A DNA stretch of 63,697 nucleotides, filler included, from Choristocarpus tenellus KU-1152 (taxonomy: Eukaryota; Protista; Phaeophyceae), in the NCBI GenBank assembly GCA_964200185.2. It is 11 parts of 11 records of this genome, joined end to end, with 100 filler letters (N's around TTAATTAATTAA, not from the genome) between each part and the next. Parts side by side here need not be neighbours in the genome. Positions count along the whole stretch, not along the records: positions 1 to 9,580 come from CAXNAD020003561.1; positions 9,681 to 14,429 come from CAXNAD020013220.1; 9 more parts are not named here. One strand, given 5' to 3'. Below the pieces are notes generated by a model. That model ran no database searches, was not told the DNA's origin, and was given only the letters and a program-made list of their open reading frames with translations. Below are positions 1 through 11,965 of this stretch, one piece after another. The number at the start of each line of letters is the position of its first letter. Position 1 is the first letter of the stretch. Made by a program: the position numbers and the translations under genes.

Positions 1-427
1 TCTCAAGCCCACACATATATTGCCGGTTCAGTCTCCCTACCCCCCTCCCCCTCCCCCCCTCCCCCTCCCCCTCCCCCTCCCCCTCCCCCCCAAAAACAGA
101 ATAACTGGCGTAGGGCATAGAACCAAGAGGAGCAAAAAAACAAACAAATGCCTGAGCACACGGAACAACCCAATAACGCCACCGAACAGACAGACCTAAG
201 AACCCTAGCTTAGATTTTAAAAATAACTAAAGTGATGTATGCATTCAGACAGGCCAAAAGAGAAGAAAAAAAAGGGGGGGGGGGGGGGGGGAAAGGGGGG
301 GGCGGGGGGGGGGGAGGAAGGGAGGGGCAGGCGACATATAGAAANNNNNNNNNNAAAAACAAACACCCAGAAAAAAAAAGAAGAAAAGAAAAGGGGGGGG
401 GAGAAGGAGGATAAAGAAAAAAGGGAC

Positions 428-3400
428 CTGCAGCAGCAGAAGAAGAGCAACGTCACCGCCCATATGGACAAGCATTCCGGTTGAGGTAAGGAGCTTGTTG
501 GCGATGCAGAAGACCTTCCTGCGAGTGGTTAGGCGAAGGCTCCCTGCCACCTTATGCAGTTGGAAAATTTCATTAGGAAGAGGGCAACGAGGGAGGGGGG
601 AAAGAGTTAACAGGTCGGGATGATTGCATACAGCAGGGCATCAAAGGATACACAGCAAAGACATGGCATGGGGGGGAGGCAGGCGAGGGGAAGATTTGAA
701 AGGATGGGCAGGGCAACAACAGGGTGTGACACAGCGAGATGCGATAGACCTGAGTACATCATGAGGGAAGAAGAGGATACAAAAAAGGGTGGGAGGTTCC
801 CCCCACGGGAGGGGGGGGGGAGGGGGGCAGAAAAAAAACCTTTGACTTTGAAATAGAAAGGAAAGAAACATCAGATCCAGGAGGTCGGTAGATAGGAGTA
901 TTCAAACATTGGGTATATACATACATATATATATATATATCGCTTCTTGAAAGCATGTTTAAACGCTATCCATTACTCAGCAAGTGACACACAGTGAATG
1001 TACACCAGAGCAACAAAAAAAAACTGTTTGTGGTACAACAACCCACAGGCACTAGGCAGGAAGAGGGCTGCTGTTGGCACACCCACGTCTTTCCAACACT
1101 ATTCCAACAAACGCTTCACACACAAGCAGAAGACAAGAAAGAGTACTACTATGGAGTGTATTATTATTATTATTATTATTTTGTGCCTACAAGAACCGAC
1201 AGTGATTGGCTTCATCAAACTGCAGTCTTGAAATACTGTTGCATCATCCATATCGCAGGCGTGAGGGCCATCGTGTAGTATAGTACTACTGCCCATGTAT
1301 CCGTTTATGGAACACTGACAGAATGAGGTACAGTCAGAAATCACAAAGAGATTTTTCACCTACATCAACATACCAAGGCTTTTATTCAGGGCATGCCAAA
1401 AGAGAACCGCCACTGACAAAATGAACGAACTACCCTGAACCCTCCAAATAGTCACACTAACATCCCAGAACAATCCCGGAACAATCCCGGAACAATCCCG
1501 ATACAAACAAAACAGGGCCAAAGGAAAGGGCCATGCACTCTCACACACACAGGAACAGACAGAAGTGGCACCACTACCCCAGTGCAGGAGGATGCCTCAC
1601 ACATGCCACAACACCGAAGTCGGGCCCTGGCGCTTGAAAAGAATAAAATGAAAAAAAATGAAAAGAAAAAACTTTCTTTTTTTTTCAAGTTGTGTGCCGC
1701 GCTCCCAACCAAAAAATAAAACCAACAGGACTGTTCGCCCCACACAACTTAGCTTTTATTATTTTTATTGTCGTCACCAAACCAAGTAAACGAGCTACTA
1801 ATAACAACAAGATGGACAAAAGAAAAGAAAAGAAAAAAATATATATATATATACAAAAAAGAACAAAAAAAATGTTGCACAAAAGAACGAGCAAATACAT
1901 ACACAAGAAAAAAAAAGTAAGTGCGATGGACTGTTTCGGCCACTACAATGCAAACACCAAAACTCTTACTGATAACAGGGTATCATCACACTAGACAAAA
2001 AAAAAACCATCAAAGATGCCCTCCCCCCCTTCCTCCCTACCTACCCTCCCACCCCCCTCCACGAACAAAATTTTCTAATGTGCTGTTTCTCAGACCTGAA
2101 CAACTGTTGGGAAGACCTGCTGAAACATGGTGGGCATGTATTCCATAGAAACCTTTCCAAAGATGTGATAGTGTGGCAGCCACAGAGGGGGGAACGTTTG
2201 TGGGAAGGGAAACAAAGGCTCATATATATGCATAGTAATGTATACTATCTAGTAATATATAGTAGTATATAGTGATATGTAGTAATATATAGAAATATCT
2301 CATAGTGTATAGTAATATATAGTAGTGTATAGTAATATATAGTAACATGTAGTAATGTATAGTAATATGTAGTAATATATAGTAACGTATGGTAATATAC
2401 AGTAATATATAGTAATGTATAGTAATATATAGTAACATATGTAGTACACAGGCAAAATACCAAAAAGGTGAAAGATGGGGGTAGACACATCAAACAATTT
2501 CCTTGCGATTTGCAGTAACCCAAATCACTGCGATTTGATCTAATCGCAATTTATTGATCACTAAACAAACAAAAACAAAAAAAAAAAAACAAAAATGAGA
2601 GAAACAAAAAAAAAAAAAAAATTAACATCGTCTTGCACGGGCGCGCCCACGCACGGTACAGACGCACCACCCACAACGTGCGTTTGAATTGCAATTGAGT
2701 AATCGAGTACACCACAACTTGTTCAGAGCCAGTTCAACTCACACGCACAAAAGAAAAGCACCTCTTGATCCACACCACTATCAAGTCAGCATCTCGTTGC
2801 CTAGAGATATAGCCAGCCCTAGATAGGTCAGGACGAGACCCGGAGAGTTGAAGCAAGTCTTCCTTTTTTCTAGCACGGGTCTTCTATATATAGAGGCGGG
2901 GTCATTGCTTACTCTACACCATCCCCAATTCAAAAAAAAAAAAAATTGAACCGAAGTCGGTTCCTAGTCGCACCAACCAGTTCCTTCAATTCGGGGACAT
3001 CTCGAATCAAATTGGGTTAGGGTTAGGGTTAGGGTTAGGGTTATAGAGGTAGCGAGAGTCGATATATACCCAATGTGGGTTCCTGATGTTGCCACAAAAA
3101 CAGAAGGGGAACGGAAGATACTGACGACTTGCTTGAGAGGAGGACATGGTCGAAATTATCACGTGTGACAGGCTGGTCTGGCCAAAAACTTGGAAACGTA
3201 AGGTTTCTTTTACATAAGCAGTTTGTATCACTTGTTTTTTTTTTGTCAAAAGCTTGAACGTAAGGTTTTCTGAGAAGTGTGCAATACCCTAACCCTAACC
3301 TTAACCCTAACCTTAACCCTAACCCTAACCCTGACCCTGACCCCAATTCGCACAACAGCGCACTCTCATCACGCCACAAAGGGTTCCAGAAAGCAAATGT

Positions 3401-5885
3401 TTTTTTGTGATATTATGTACACGCACCAAGATTTATCTTCTTTCTTTTTTTTCCCTGTTGATTGATCGATTAATTTGCAGATTTTTGTCGGTTTTCCAGT
3501 ATTGGCTCAAATCGTTCCTCGAAAAACCATACGATCGATTCACAAGAAAGAAAAAAAACAACAAACAGCAAAAAAAAAAACTACGGTCTTGGAGTTCGAT
3601 TGCATTGCAATGCCTCTGCTGGAACAAGGTAACCAAACTCGTAAAATCAAGGAAGTAAAAATAGAAACTGTGGTCAAAGAACACCACTCATCCCACTGGC
3701 ATTCTCTTGATAATTATATGCTTGATACCAATTTGGAGCTGTTGCCATACTTAAGGACAAGGTGGCCCTGCCTCCGTGACCAGAAAGCACTGTTGGCATT
3801 CACAAATATTCCAAATGCTTTCTTGCTTACACGAAAAGCCAAGGGAGGGAGGGATGGTGGTAGCACAAAAAAACAGCTTTTGGAAAAAAGGATAGAAACG
3901 AAATCCCGTCCAACTTCCTAACTTTCTGCGCCCTCTGTTGTGAAGCCTTGAACATTAACTCTGGTTATCCTCGCCCAGCCGTCCAAACCTCAAATCTCAC
4001 CGCTTCACCTTACCTCACCGCCAACCTCAGTATCAGGGTGACTATCAAACATCCACGCAAAAAGAAAGGATCAATCAGGCAAGGTATTCCAGGGTAATGC
4101 ACATAGACTAATATGACACAAGAGTGACTGCAAGTCATGACCAAAGTAAAATACCCGATTTCGAATAGCATACAAACGTTTTTGCAGGTAAGTAAGACTT
4201 GGCTTACGTGAATATATATTAAAAAAAAAAGGTTTCTGCGGCATTACGAGTGTTGTCACATAACAGAGTAAACAAAGGGGGTAAGCAAAGAAGTGTGGAA
4301 CTAAACAAAACAAGAGATGAAATGAGAGGGGAAACACAGATGTACGGATCGACAATATTCTCTTGATTCTGATTCTTCTTAAAAGGTATTTTTCTAAACT
4401 TAGCATTAGCAATCACGACCAGGCCCGCCTTGTATTAAGTTGGGTATGACTTGTGGACACAAGGGGCTACAGTGAAAGCAGATTCTCATATTACTACAAG
4501 ACATCGGAGATGTCAGGTCCTCACCAGGAACACCCCTCATTTTGACAGGGAAAATGATGCAAAATGCATTATGTTAGTGCTCCGGGTATTTTGGTTTGTG
4601 CACTGATGAGAAACTGGCATGTGGGAGTCCTAGCGTACATGTGGACAAGAAAATGACCTCCTCTCTACCCACATTCCTATATGTAAAGACACGATCGACC
4701 ACGAGGGCGACAACCCGATCTTCTTCCCAACCTGACGCGATTATTTATTACCAATCCTTCTCACCTGCATCACCTAGAGTACGCTAGCTGCTCAACCCCA
4801 CCTTAGATCATGGTCCCATCTCTCCCAATTTATCCCTCCCAACCCCTGTCCCACATGAACTCACCGTCGCCAACAAACGCGAACCAAGGGGCTACAAAAA
4901 TACTTTGCGCACTTCCCACCCTGCCCACCTCCTCAGTCATCAAAAGTAGACATCTCGCACATGTCTCCGCCCTCTCAGCGACATCCTGTGGACCGCCTCC
5001 CTCAATCGAGGCCGACTCCACCAGTTCCATTAGTAAGGTGGGCACCAGGTCTGGCCAGGCCGACGGCCACTCCCCGCTGGCCGCTACAAGTGCGACTACA
5101 AGTGCGGCCGACGAGCGTACCTGCCTCTTTACTCCACCATCTGCCATGGTACCCAGCATCAACCTTCTCACCTAATATTTAGGTATTATCGAAAACGTTA
5201 GACGCCATACGAATTTGAACATATCCTTCATGTCAACTAAAGGGGAGACAATGCATGCTACTCGTAAGAGGTGTGACGTCGGGGATGACAATGTCATACA
5301 CCTCCCAAAAATGCAAACGCACTGCTTGTTGAGAAGAAGAGGGTTTAGTTTACAGGTAATACGCAGTTAGGGGGTGGCCGGAGGTCCAGACATGATGTCC
5401 TCAACGCTAGTAGAAATTGGGAGATCTCACTACAACCACAGACTTCCCTCTTATGATCACTGAGATACACTCTACGAAATTGATCCCTCCAGAATTCCAG
5501 CCCACCCCAAGATATTCCAAAGATATGTATTCGTCCGCTGGTACCACCAGCCTCAATCAGCATGCTTATAAAGAGACTTGCTGGCATTGAACAATCTAAC
5601 CTGAGCTTTGTCCTCGGCAGGAAGTACAGCAACATCCGCTCCTTTCCAAACGTCCTTGACGTAATGTTGAAGGACTACTCCGGACATGAGTCGAATCCCA
5701 TGGGCATGGACATCAGTCCCATATGGACCTTGCACGGCACCTTGAGCAAGGTGCAGAGCCAGGGCACAGGCGAATCCTCGACGTTGCGCGGCCAACTTGA
5801 GTTCGTCCTCCGCAGCACGCCTCGTGGCATTATCTGGAGAGAGGGTGTCAGAGAGAACCTCCTCGAGACCACGGACAGATGCCAT
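428..5885 (-). CDS. IPO9: Importin-9 (karyopherin-beta family), 5' part; multi-exon
   Basis: Exon 1 (5885-5601) reads MASVRGLEEVLSDTLSPDNATRRAAEDELK...IRLMSGVVLQHYVKDVW, an importin-beta N-terminal domain. Exon 2 (5171-4929) reads VRSSAALVVALVAASGEWPSAWPDLVPTLL, matching the importin-9 '[24 protein letters not shown]' segment. Both have phase-0 GT/AG sites. A probable later exon at 550-428 (VAGSLRLTTRRKVFCIANKLL..., ag/gt flanked, 41 codons) is less certain, and intervening exons are unresolved. Confidence 0.8.
2231..2443. repeat. 10-bp AT-rich minisatellite (TAGTAATATA variants)
   Basis: About 20 visible tandem units such as tagtaatata, tagtagtata and tagtaatatg. Confidence 0.9.
2749..2892 (-). 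ncRNA. Candidate Pol III-type small structured RNA (TATA box, ~110-nt body, T-run terminator)
   Basis: Minus strand: TATATATA at 2892-2885, G start ~2863, stems GTCTCGT/ACGAGAT, CTAGGG/CTCTAG and CTTGAT/ATCAAG, then TTTTCTTTT at 2757-2749. No known family recognised. Confidence 0.3.
3010..3348. mobile_element. Short element bounded by inverted telomeric arrays (GGGTTA)5 ... (TAACCC)~9, with AATT on both sides
   Basis: AATT at 3010-3013, GGGTTA x5 at 3014-3043, ~240-bp unique core, degenerate CCCTAA array at 3287-3344, AATT at 3345-3348. The arrays are plain to see; calling it a mobile element is inference. Confidence 0.5.
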
Positions 5886-6108
5886 TAGAGGTAGGTTCGT
5901 TGTCGAAGGAATCAAAACATCGAAACAATCATCTACTCCATACTAAAAGAGCTGTTTGAAGACAATAGAGTTGATTGGAGGAGTAGGAGTGCAACATACA
6001 CACGCCTTTCAGGTCATATGAACGTCACGGTGTGATGTTGTTATCGTCACACATCTACTTAAAAGACAATCTACGTGGGGCCTCTGTGTAGGCACCATCT
6101 TGGAGACC

Positions 6109-8452
6109 ATGTTGGTTTTTCGAGCGAAACGCCTTTGCCTGGCAGCGACCCTGGGCATGTTTATGCTGTTACAACCTGTGATGTCGTTCTCGCTTATCCA
6201 TTTGCACCGAGGACAACGTTTGTCGAGGTCGAACATTTCTGGGTCCAGACCGCTAACGCTTCTTCCAACAGAACGATGGAAGTGTGTGAGGAGGGGTGAG
6301 AGGCGCCTGGTTTCGGTGAGAAAGGGAGACTAATCATAGAAGCTGTTGGAAGCTTTGAACACGAGATCAAACCATTGTGCAACAACAAACCAGGTCCAAG
6401 CATGCCCAACCTTGTAACACCCGATGGTTTTATGTTCGGATGTAGTTCTCGCCTTCCCAATGCATACAGGGAAGACGAATGCAAGTCAATTATTGGCTCA
6501 ACCCATCGCACAACTGCCCCTGTGCATGCATCCCCGGGATCGTGCTGTTCGACACTGCCTGTGTCAAAAACTGCCGTACAGACACGGGCAGGTTCAATGA
6601 GCTTTGGAGGCGACCTGGCGGGGCTTTCACAGGCGTTATTGTCAGCAGGTCCACTTGGAAGCTCTCTGCTTGTACTGACCGTGGTGATTGCCCTCCATGA
6701 AGCAGGACACTTCATAGCCGCCCGGTCTCAAGGCATCCGAGTAAAGACCTTCTCCATCGGCTTTGGCCCGAAGCTCCTCAGCTACAAGCCTAAAGGAGGA
6801 GAAATGAGCGGAATCCTGTGGCCAGGTGGAAAAGGAAGTAATGGGCAAGGCCGTCCAAGGGTAGAGAGTGTCAATGGCAAGATCGTGGCCGAGGAGGGTG
6901 TAGAGGTGGGACTGAACAGCAGCTTTGAATCCTTTACCTTTGGGAATAGGGGTGGGCTCAAAGATTATCTCAGTTCCCCCCAGCCCTCTTTCGTTTCTGT
7001 GGCAAGTCTAAACCTTGTATTCTTGTTATCCCCTTCTTTCCCACTCGTCCTTCCACATTTCCAAGAAACATATGTGTCTGAGGTGAATGTGACCTAGCTG
7101 GTGGATCCCACTTTGCCGTGGCACAATGTAGTATGAACTGCACTATTCTTCCCTAAACATGCACAGCAAACAACTTGGTGTACATCATATGTTTCCTACT
7201 TCGATATACTTGTTCCGCACTGTGTTGTCCAGACTGTGTTTGGGTTGGACTTCATGTGATACGGATTTCTCATCGCCTCAGAGTTGGCACCTCATCGCAC
7301 AATGTAGATGGCGTGTCTCACAGCCACCACATCATGCGACGTGTGAATGCAGCATGGCCTGATGGCTTGTAGTCCTGACTTGAGAAAAACTTGTATTTGT
7401 CGACCGTAAATGGTTGCACTCTAGTCTCAATGTTCGAGCTTGCTGATCTTCAACAGTCTACAGGCAATGTGGACGAAGGTCAGCACACTTTTTCTCACAT
7501 GCACACCCGCACGTTCAAATGCACAAATTGTATATATCCTCTTCATCTTGAATGTTTGTGCAGTACACTCTCCGAGCTATCCCAGTGGGCGGTTTTGTGA
7601 GCTTCCCCAATAACTGGACAGAGGACAAGGAGGGAAACATCATCGAGTACGAAGACCCAGACCTCTTGCAGAACAGGTGACCGATTACGTTGTGTTATGT
7701 CACTTAACCCAACTACCTAACCCTGCCCTACTCTGCAGAATTGGCCTTATCCCTAACCCTCGAGTGGAGGCAGAGCATGCAACGGGTTTTTGTAGTGGGG
7801 TTCCTGAAGGAAGAGATGGTTGAACGGTGAAAACAGAATTGCATCTTGCATATATAGAGAGGAGGCCCAGTGTGGGTCAAGGAAGGTGAACTTTGAGTAA
7901 GACTCCTCATATGATCTGATGTGTAGGATACACACAGCGGTAACAGAGCAGTTATTGAAAACACCCTCCGCCAGGCTCTATGTTGTTGCTCGGAAGCTGG
8001 AGCTCATAGGTCTTGGCGAAACCACAATGTCAACCTTGAATCAAACCTTGGAATCTAGCAATCCTAGAGAGGGGGTGCCCCCGAGCCTTTTGCTGCAGTG
8101 CTTATTTTATACAACGTAGTATATTTATTTGGATTGATGTACTTACACGTGTCAGGCAGGTACTGTTGTGTTTTCATTTTTCATCAGTGGAAAATTGAGT
8201 CACCCCGCCCTGACACACTAGTTGCTTTGTATTACATACATACATTGTGTTGTGTTCCTGAGTGTTTTTGCGCATGTTCACTAGTAAACCCTTCCAATGT
8301 CTCTATAATCAAGGGGTCCGGGGCAGAGAGTCGTGGTGGTGGTTGCAGGTATTGTCGCGAACCTGGTTCTGGCCTGGGGTTGCATGTTTGGATATATTTC
8401 AACGGTGGGGGTGGTCCATCAGATCTACTCACCTGGGCTGGTCATCAACGAG
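6109..8452 (+). CDS. RseP/ARASP-like M50 intramembrane zinc metalloprotease, probably plastid-targeted; 5' part
   Basis: VIALHEAGHFIAARSQGIRVKTFSIGFGPKL (HEXXH; exon ends 6905). Exon 7564-7676 reads YTLRAIPVGGFVSFP...DPDLLQNR. Exon 8314-8452 reads GPGQRVVVVVAGIVANL. Phases are consistent. The N-terminus from ATG 6109 has a hydrophobic signal followed by 'VMS-FSL' and an S/R-rich transit-like peptide. First intron boundaries are unresolved. Confidence 0.9.
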
Positions 8453-9580
8453 GTGGGCCTGGAGTCAAACAGCAGCATGTAATAGTTATTTCCTTGGTGA
8501 TGCCATGAGTAATATCCTGTTGGAGGGCAAAAGATCGTCTTGGAGAGTACTCAGAGTGATAAAGCACTACAGGGCAATAGATCAATGGTGTTCACAGTGA
8601 TTGGAGGCTCTATGGGTATTTCAAGGTGTTTGGGATTGAGTTGTTGGGATGATATTTAAGGTGCTACTCTATCTCACCACCTAGAAGATTCTTTCATTAT
8701 TCTCCCCAGGGAGGGAGGAGGATGTGAGTGTGACATGCTTGTGACCCTTGCCATTCACCCATTGAATTCTCCAAGGTGGAGTTGCATTGCATTCTGACTC
8801 CTATTTTCATTTTTGGATAGTAGGGGGAGGGGGAGGGACTCGCGCAGATGTCAAGTAGATGTACTTCATCGGGTTTTTTAGTTGTAGATATAGAAAGGGA
8901 TAGTGGGGAGAGGGAGGTTTTGATGATGGCCATCCTACCGTGCATGAAGGGTCCCTGTAAGAGAAGGAGGGGTATGAGGATTCATATCAAGGATGGAGAC
9001 CTTTGAATGGGTATCAGAAACCACATCAAGAGGAGGACTGAAAGAGAGAGGAGACAAAGAGAGATTATGTTCATTTCAATCACCAACCACTATTTTTTGT
9101 ATTGAACATTGTGCAGAGGGTTTCTTTATGCAAAGTTGATTTTTTGCCTCCGAGTAGAGTGTACAAGGTGATGATGGCATGGGGAAAGAAATACGTACCA
9201 GTATCATTAGTAACTGCACCCAATTGAGGTCAAGTATGTACACCGAAGTACTCCTTTTATTTTTTTCGTCAAGATTCAACGACCAGCACTTCTCCTCTTT
9301 GTCATTGTGGTATCCAAGGGAAGGGATTATATTTTTTAGTGATAACACCGATATCATCAATCGACTCTCTACTTAGTTTCGACCTTTACCTCCTAAAACC
9401 TCACACAACTTCTTTTTTTCCTACCATTTTCATGAACCTTGCATCAATCCCTGTACGTACCATAAGTAGTAACCGTCCCCTTCCAGGAACGAGACGACAC
9501 ACGCCTCCCTAAGAGAGTTCAACCTTTTCTGCTCCAGCACCCTACGGGGCAGAAGAAACCCCCCCGTTAGTCAGACGTCC

Positions 9581-9680
9581 NNNNNNNNNNNNNNNNNNNN
9601 NNNNNNNNNNNNNNNNNNNNNNNNTTAATTAATTAANNNNNNNNNNNNNNNNNNNNNNNNNNNNNNNNNNNNNNNNNNNN
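9581..9680. other. Artificial contig linker N44-TTAATTAATTAA-N44 (also 14430-14529, 21243-21342, 25046-25145, 30288-30387, 35051-35150, 38983-39082, 43273-43372, 53306-53405, 56813-56912)
   Basis: Ten identical 100-nt spacers whose core has stop codons in all six frames. Confidence 0.98.
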
Positions 9681-9727
9681 GACCCCAATTGGACAGCCGC
9701 CCCCCCCTCCCCCAGATACTTTGAGCC
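9681..9727. mobile_element. MITE family 2 (G-tract TIR), terminal fragment
   Basis: C-run followed by CAGATACTTTGAGCC, the same terminus as the full copy at 14212-14390. Confidence 0.8.
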
Positions 9728-9810
9728 AACACGGATTGGCAAAATGCAGGAAAGGATACTATATTAAGGTCATATTTCGCGATGCACAAGAAATTTAATC
9801 AAACATGTTC

Positions 9811-9880
9811 TGTTACAGGCGCCCCTCAGAGCTCACCTACACAGGATGTATAGCTCCAATCTACGGTCTTATAGATGATA
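9811..9880 (-). mobile_element. 3' end of a gypsy-type LTR, inverted relative to 10976-11580
   Basis: TGTTACAGGCGCCCCTCAGAGCTCACCTACACAGGATGTA is a near-perfect reverse complement of 11541-11580. Similarity decays after ~70 bp. Confidence 0.6.
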
Positions 9881-10975
9881 CTGATGTACGTATAGGACTC
9901 CTGATGCACAAGTCATCAAGTATGCTGGATCTCTCACTTGGAATATCGTCAATATCATGGTATAAAAAGGAACTGATCAACGGTGTCTTATCACAATCGG
10001 GGATCATAACGACCAAATAATCAAGAAATAATCAAGAAATACAAATATATCAAATCTAGAACTTCAATGTCATAATGGTGTTATGAAACCGCCATCAAGA
10101 AATATCGCCTGTGACAGTTCACCTTGAGAGATACGTCGCAGACATTGCAGAACAGCTACATATAAGTACCTGTCTACCCTTCGTGGAGAGACTCAATAGG
10201 GGAACATACAAAAAAATACTAGTTTGCCAATGGGGCGAGTACACCACTCCATATCCTTAACCCTGAACATAAATTGAGTCTCAACTACAACTGTGCTACA
10301 AACTAATTTGCCCAAGTAAACATTGTGTGTCAGCAGAAGCCAAACAGACTAACACCTTTCCAAAGGTTTCATATGCAGCATTAAGACACCTGAAAAATGG
10401 CATCTTAAAAATAATAGGTCAGCAACGTATATGTCATTCCATCGGGAACTCATACAATCAGCCTTGTCATTCATTGTGTCAACGCATCTGGAACATATAG
10501 TACCTGGTCTCTTCTGTGCCTGTTCGCAGTCTTGATGACAATCGCCCTGGACTTGTCTGTGTCTAGACCTCTGACTTCTCTGATTCCTCCACGAATTCTA
10601 GCTGCAATAGTCTTGCTTCCAAGTAGAACAATTCTAATACTGAGAAGTATTTTCTTACCGTGATGTAAATAATGACAGGGTCTAACAAGATATGGGTAGG
10701 GCACAGCAGGGCATAGGGAGGATGTTATATGGCACAAGGTGAGGAAGGATAGAAAAAATATGAGTACGTGTGTATATCGAAAGGGACTTGGTCCATGACG
10801 CCGAGATTACGTACTTCCCAAATCTCTCACAACAAAAAACTGAGGAAAGCCTTAGAAGAAATAGTATGAAGATATGCAATATTTATTCTAGTCAATTTTG
10901 GAGTAACTCACAAATCTGATTCTATTTTAGTTTTAATATCAAAGGAAATTCCCTTAACTTGCTTGACCACTATTC

Positions 10976-11594
10976 TGTTACAGGCGAATAGCGCAAGCGT
11001 TTCTTCTTGTATTTCAACGAAGTTCGAGCATTTGTTACACGCGAATAGCGCGAGCGTTTTCTCCTCATATTTTAGGAAATACGAACATTTGTAACAGATG
11101 TACAGTGTAAGGATTGTTTCTCGAGTTCTTGCAAGCACGAACTATATACGATATTAGTAACACATAGATAGCCTTACAGAATAAGTGATTATTTTAAGAA
11201 GATGCAGAGTAAGATTCGGAATACCTACGTAACATTACAGAGGAAAATGTCAAAGTCACTAAGAAGTTCATCAAGAATAGAGGCTTATGATTGGAGTACC
11301 TGTAGAGTAGTTGATAGAAGACCAACGAAATTGGGTGGAAGACGAAAATAATAAGAGAGCTTCAAGTGGTAACACTTCTACCTCCCTTATGCCTCAGTCT
11401 ATATTTTGAATGAAACAATGAGTCAAGCTTTGAGCTAAGTACTGAGTGGAATATCAAGAGAAGGCTATCTGACACCCTACAACCCATTGTAAAAGGCAAC
11501 GCCCCCATAACGTCGTTTTAAGGTCGTTGGATTTGAGGTGTACATCCTGTGGAGGTGAGTTCTGAGGGGCGCCTGTAACATGGAAGTCCTACCG
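10976..11594 (+). mobile_element. 5' LTR (10976-11580, TGTTACAGGCG...CGCCTGTAACA) plus primer-binding site (11581-11594)
   Basis: 11-bp inverted termini with TG...CA, immediately followed by TGGAAGTCCTACCG, which resembles the complement of a tRNA-Gln 3' end. The 5' start resembles the LTR start at 14626(-). Confidence 0.7.
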
Positions 11595-11965
11595 CATCTC
11601 TTCAAACTGGAGGGAATACTCGTTATTCACCTCAACACTTAGGATTCTTTGTAACTTCCTGGATTCTTTTCTTTCCCCCTTGGGCTGTAGTCATCATCCG
11701 TTGTCTATGGGATTCCCCTCTAGGGTTCGTCGTCTTCATGGGTCTAAGGGCTTCTGTGGCTCTGAGGGAAACACCCCTCTCTAGCCGTAAAACGAGTGAC
11801 CTCTGATAGCCACATCACTCACCTATATTCATAAAATGAGTGGTCTTTGACCACCATGGTCGAGACATTGCCTAGGTAGTCAATTGTTCTGCGTCCCTTT
11901 ACTCACACATTCTTTATTCTCTTTTGGTTGCCACCTTGCCCTCTTTATTCCCCAGGTTTACAGAC

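Noticed and set aside
217-2523. Many short ORFs rich in G, P, K, F, Y or I
   Set aside because: Translations of homopolymers and the minisatellite; only the 550-428 exon candidate has splice support.
2948-2968. Hairpin GAACCGA-AG-TCGGTTC followed by CTAG|T as a Helitron 3' end
   Set aside because: The hairpin abuts CTAG without the usual spacer and no 5' TC end or second copy is visible; insufficient support.
2980-3015. U6 snRNA-like 5' sequence (TTCGGGGACATC...AAATTGG)
   Set aside because: The invariant ACAGAGA box and the rest of U6 do not follow. Chance match or tiny fragment.
9625-9636. Recurrent TTAATTAATTAA as a biological repeat or CRISPR-like unit
   Set aside because: Always embedded in exactly 44+44 Ns; it is a synthetic six-frame stop linker.
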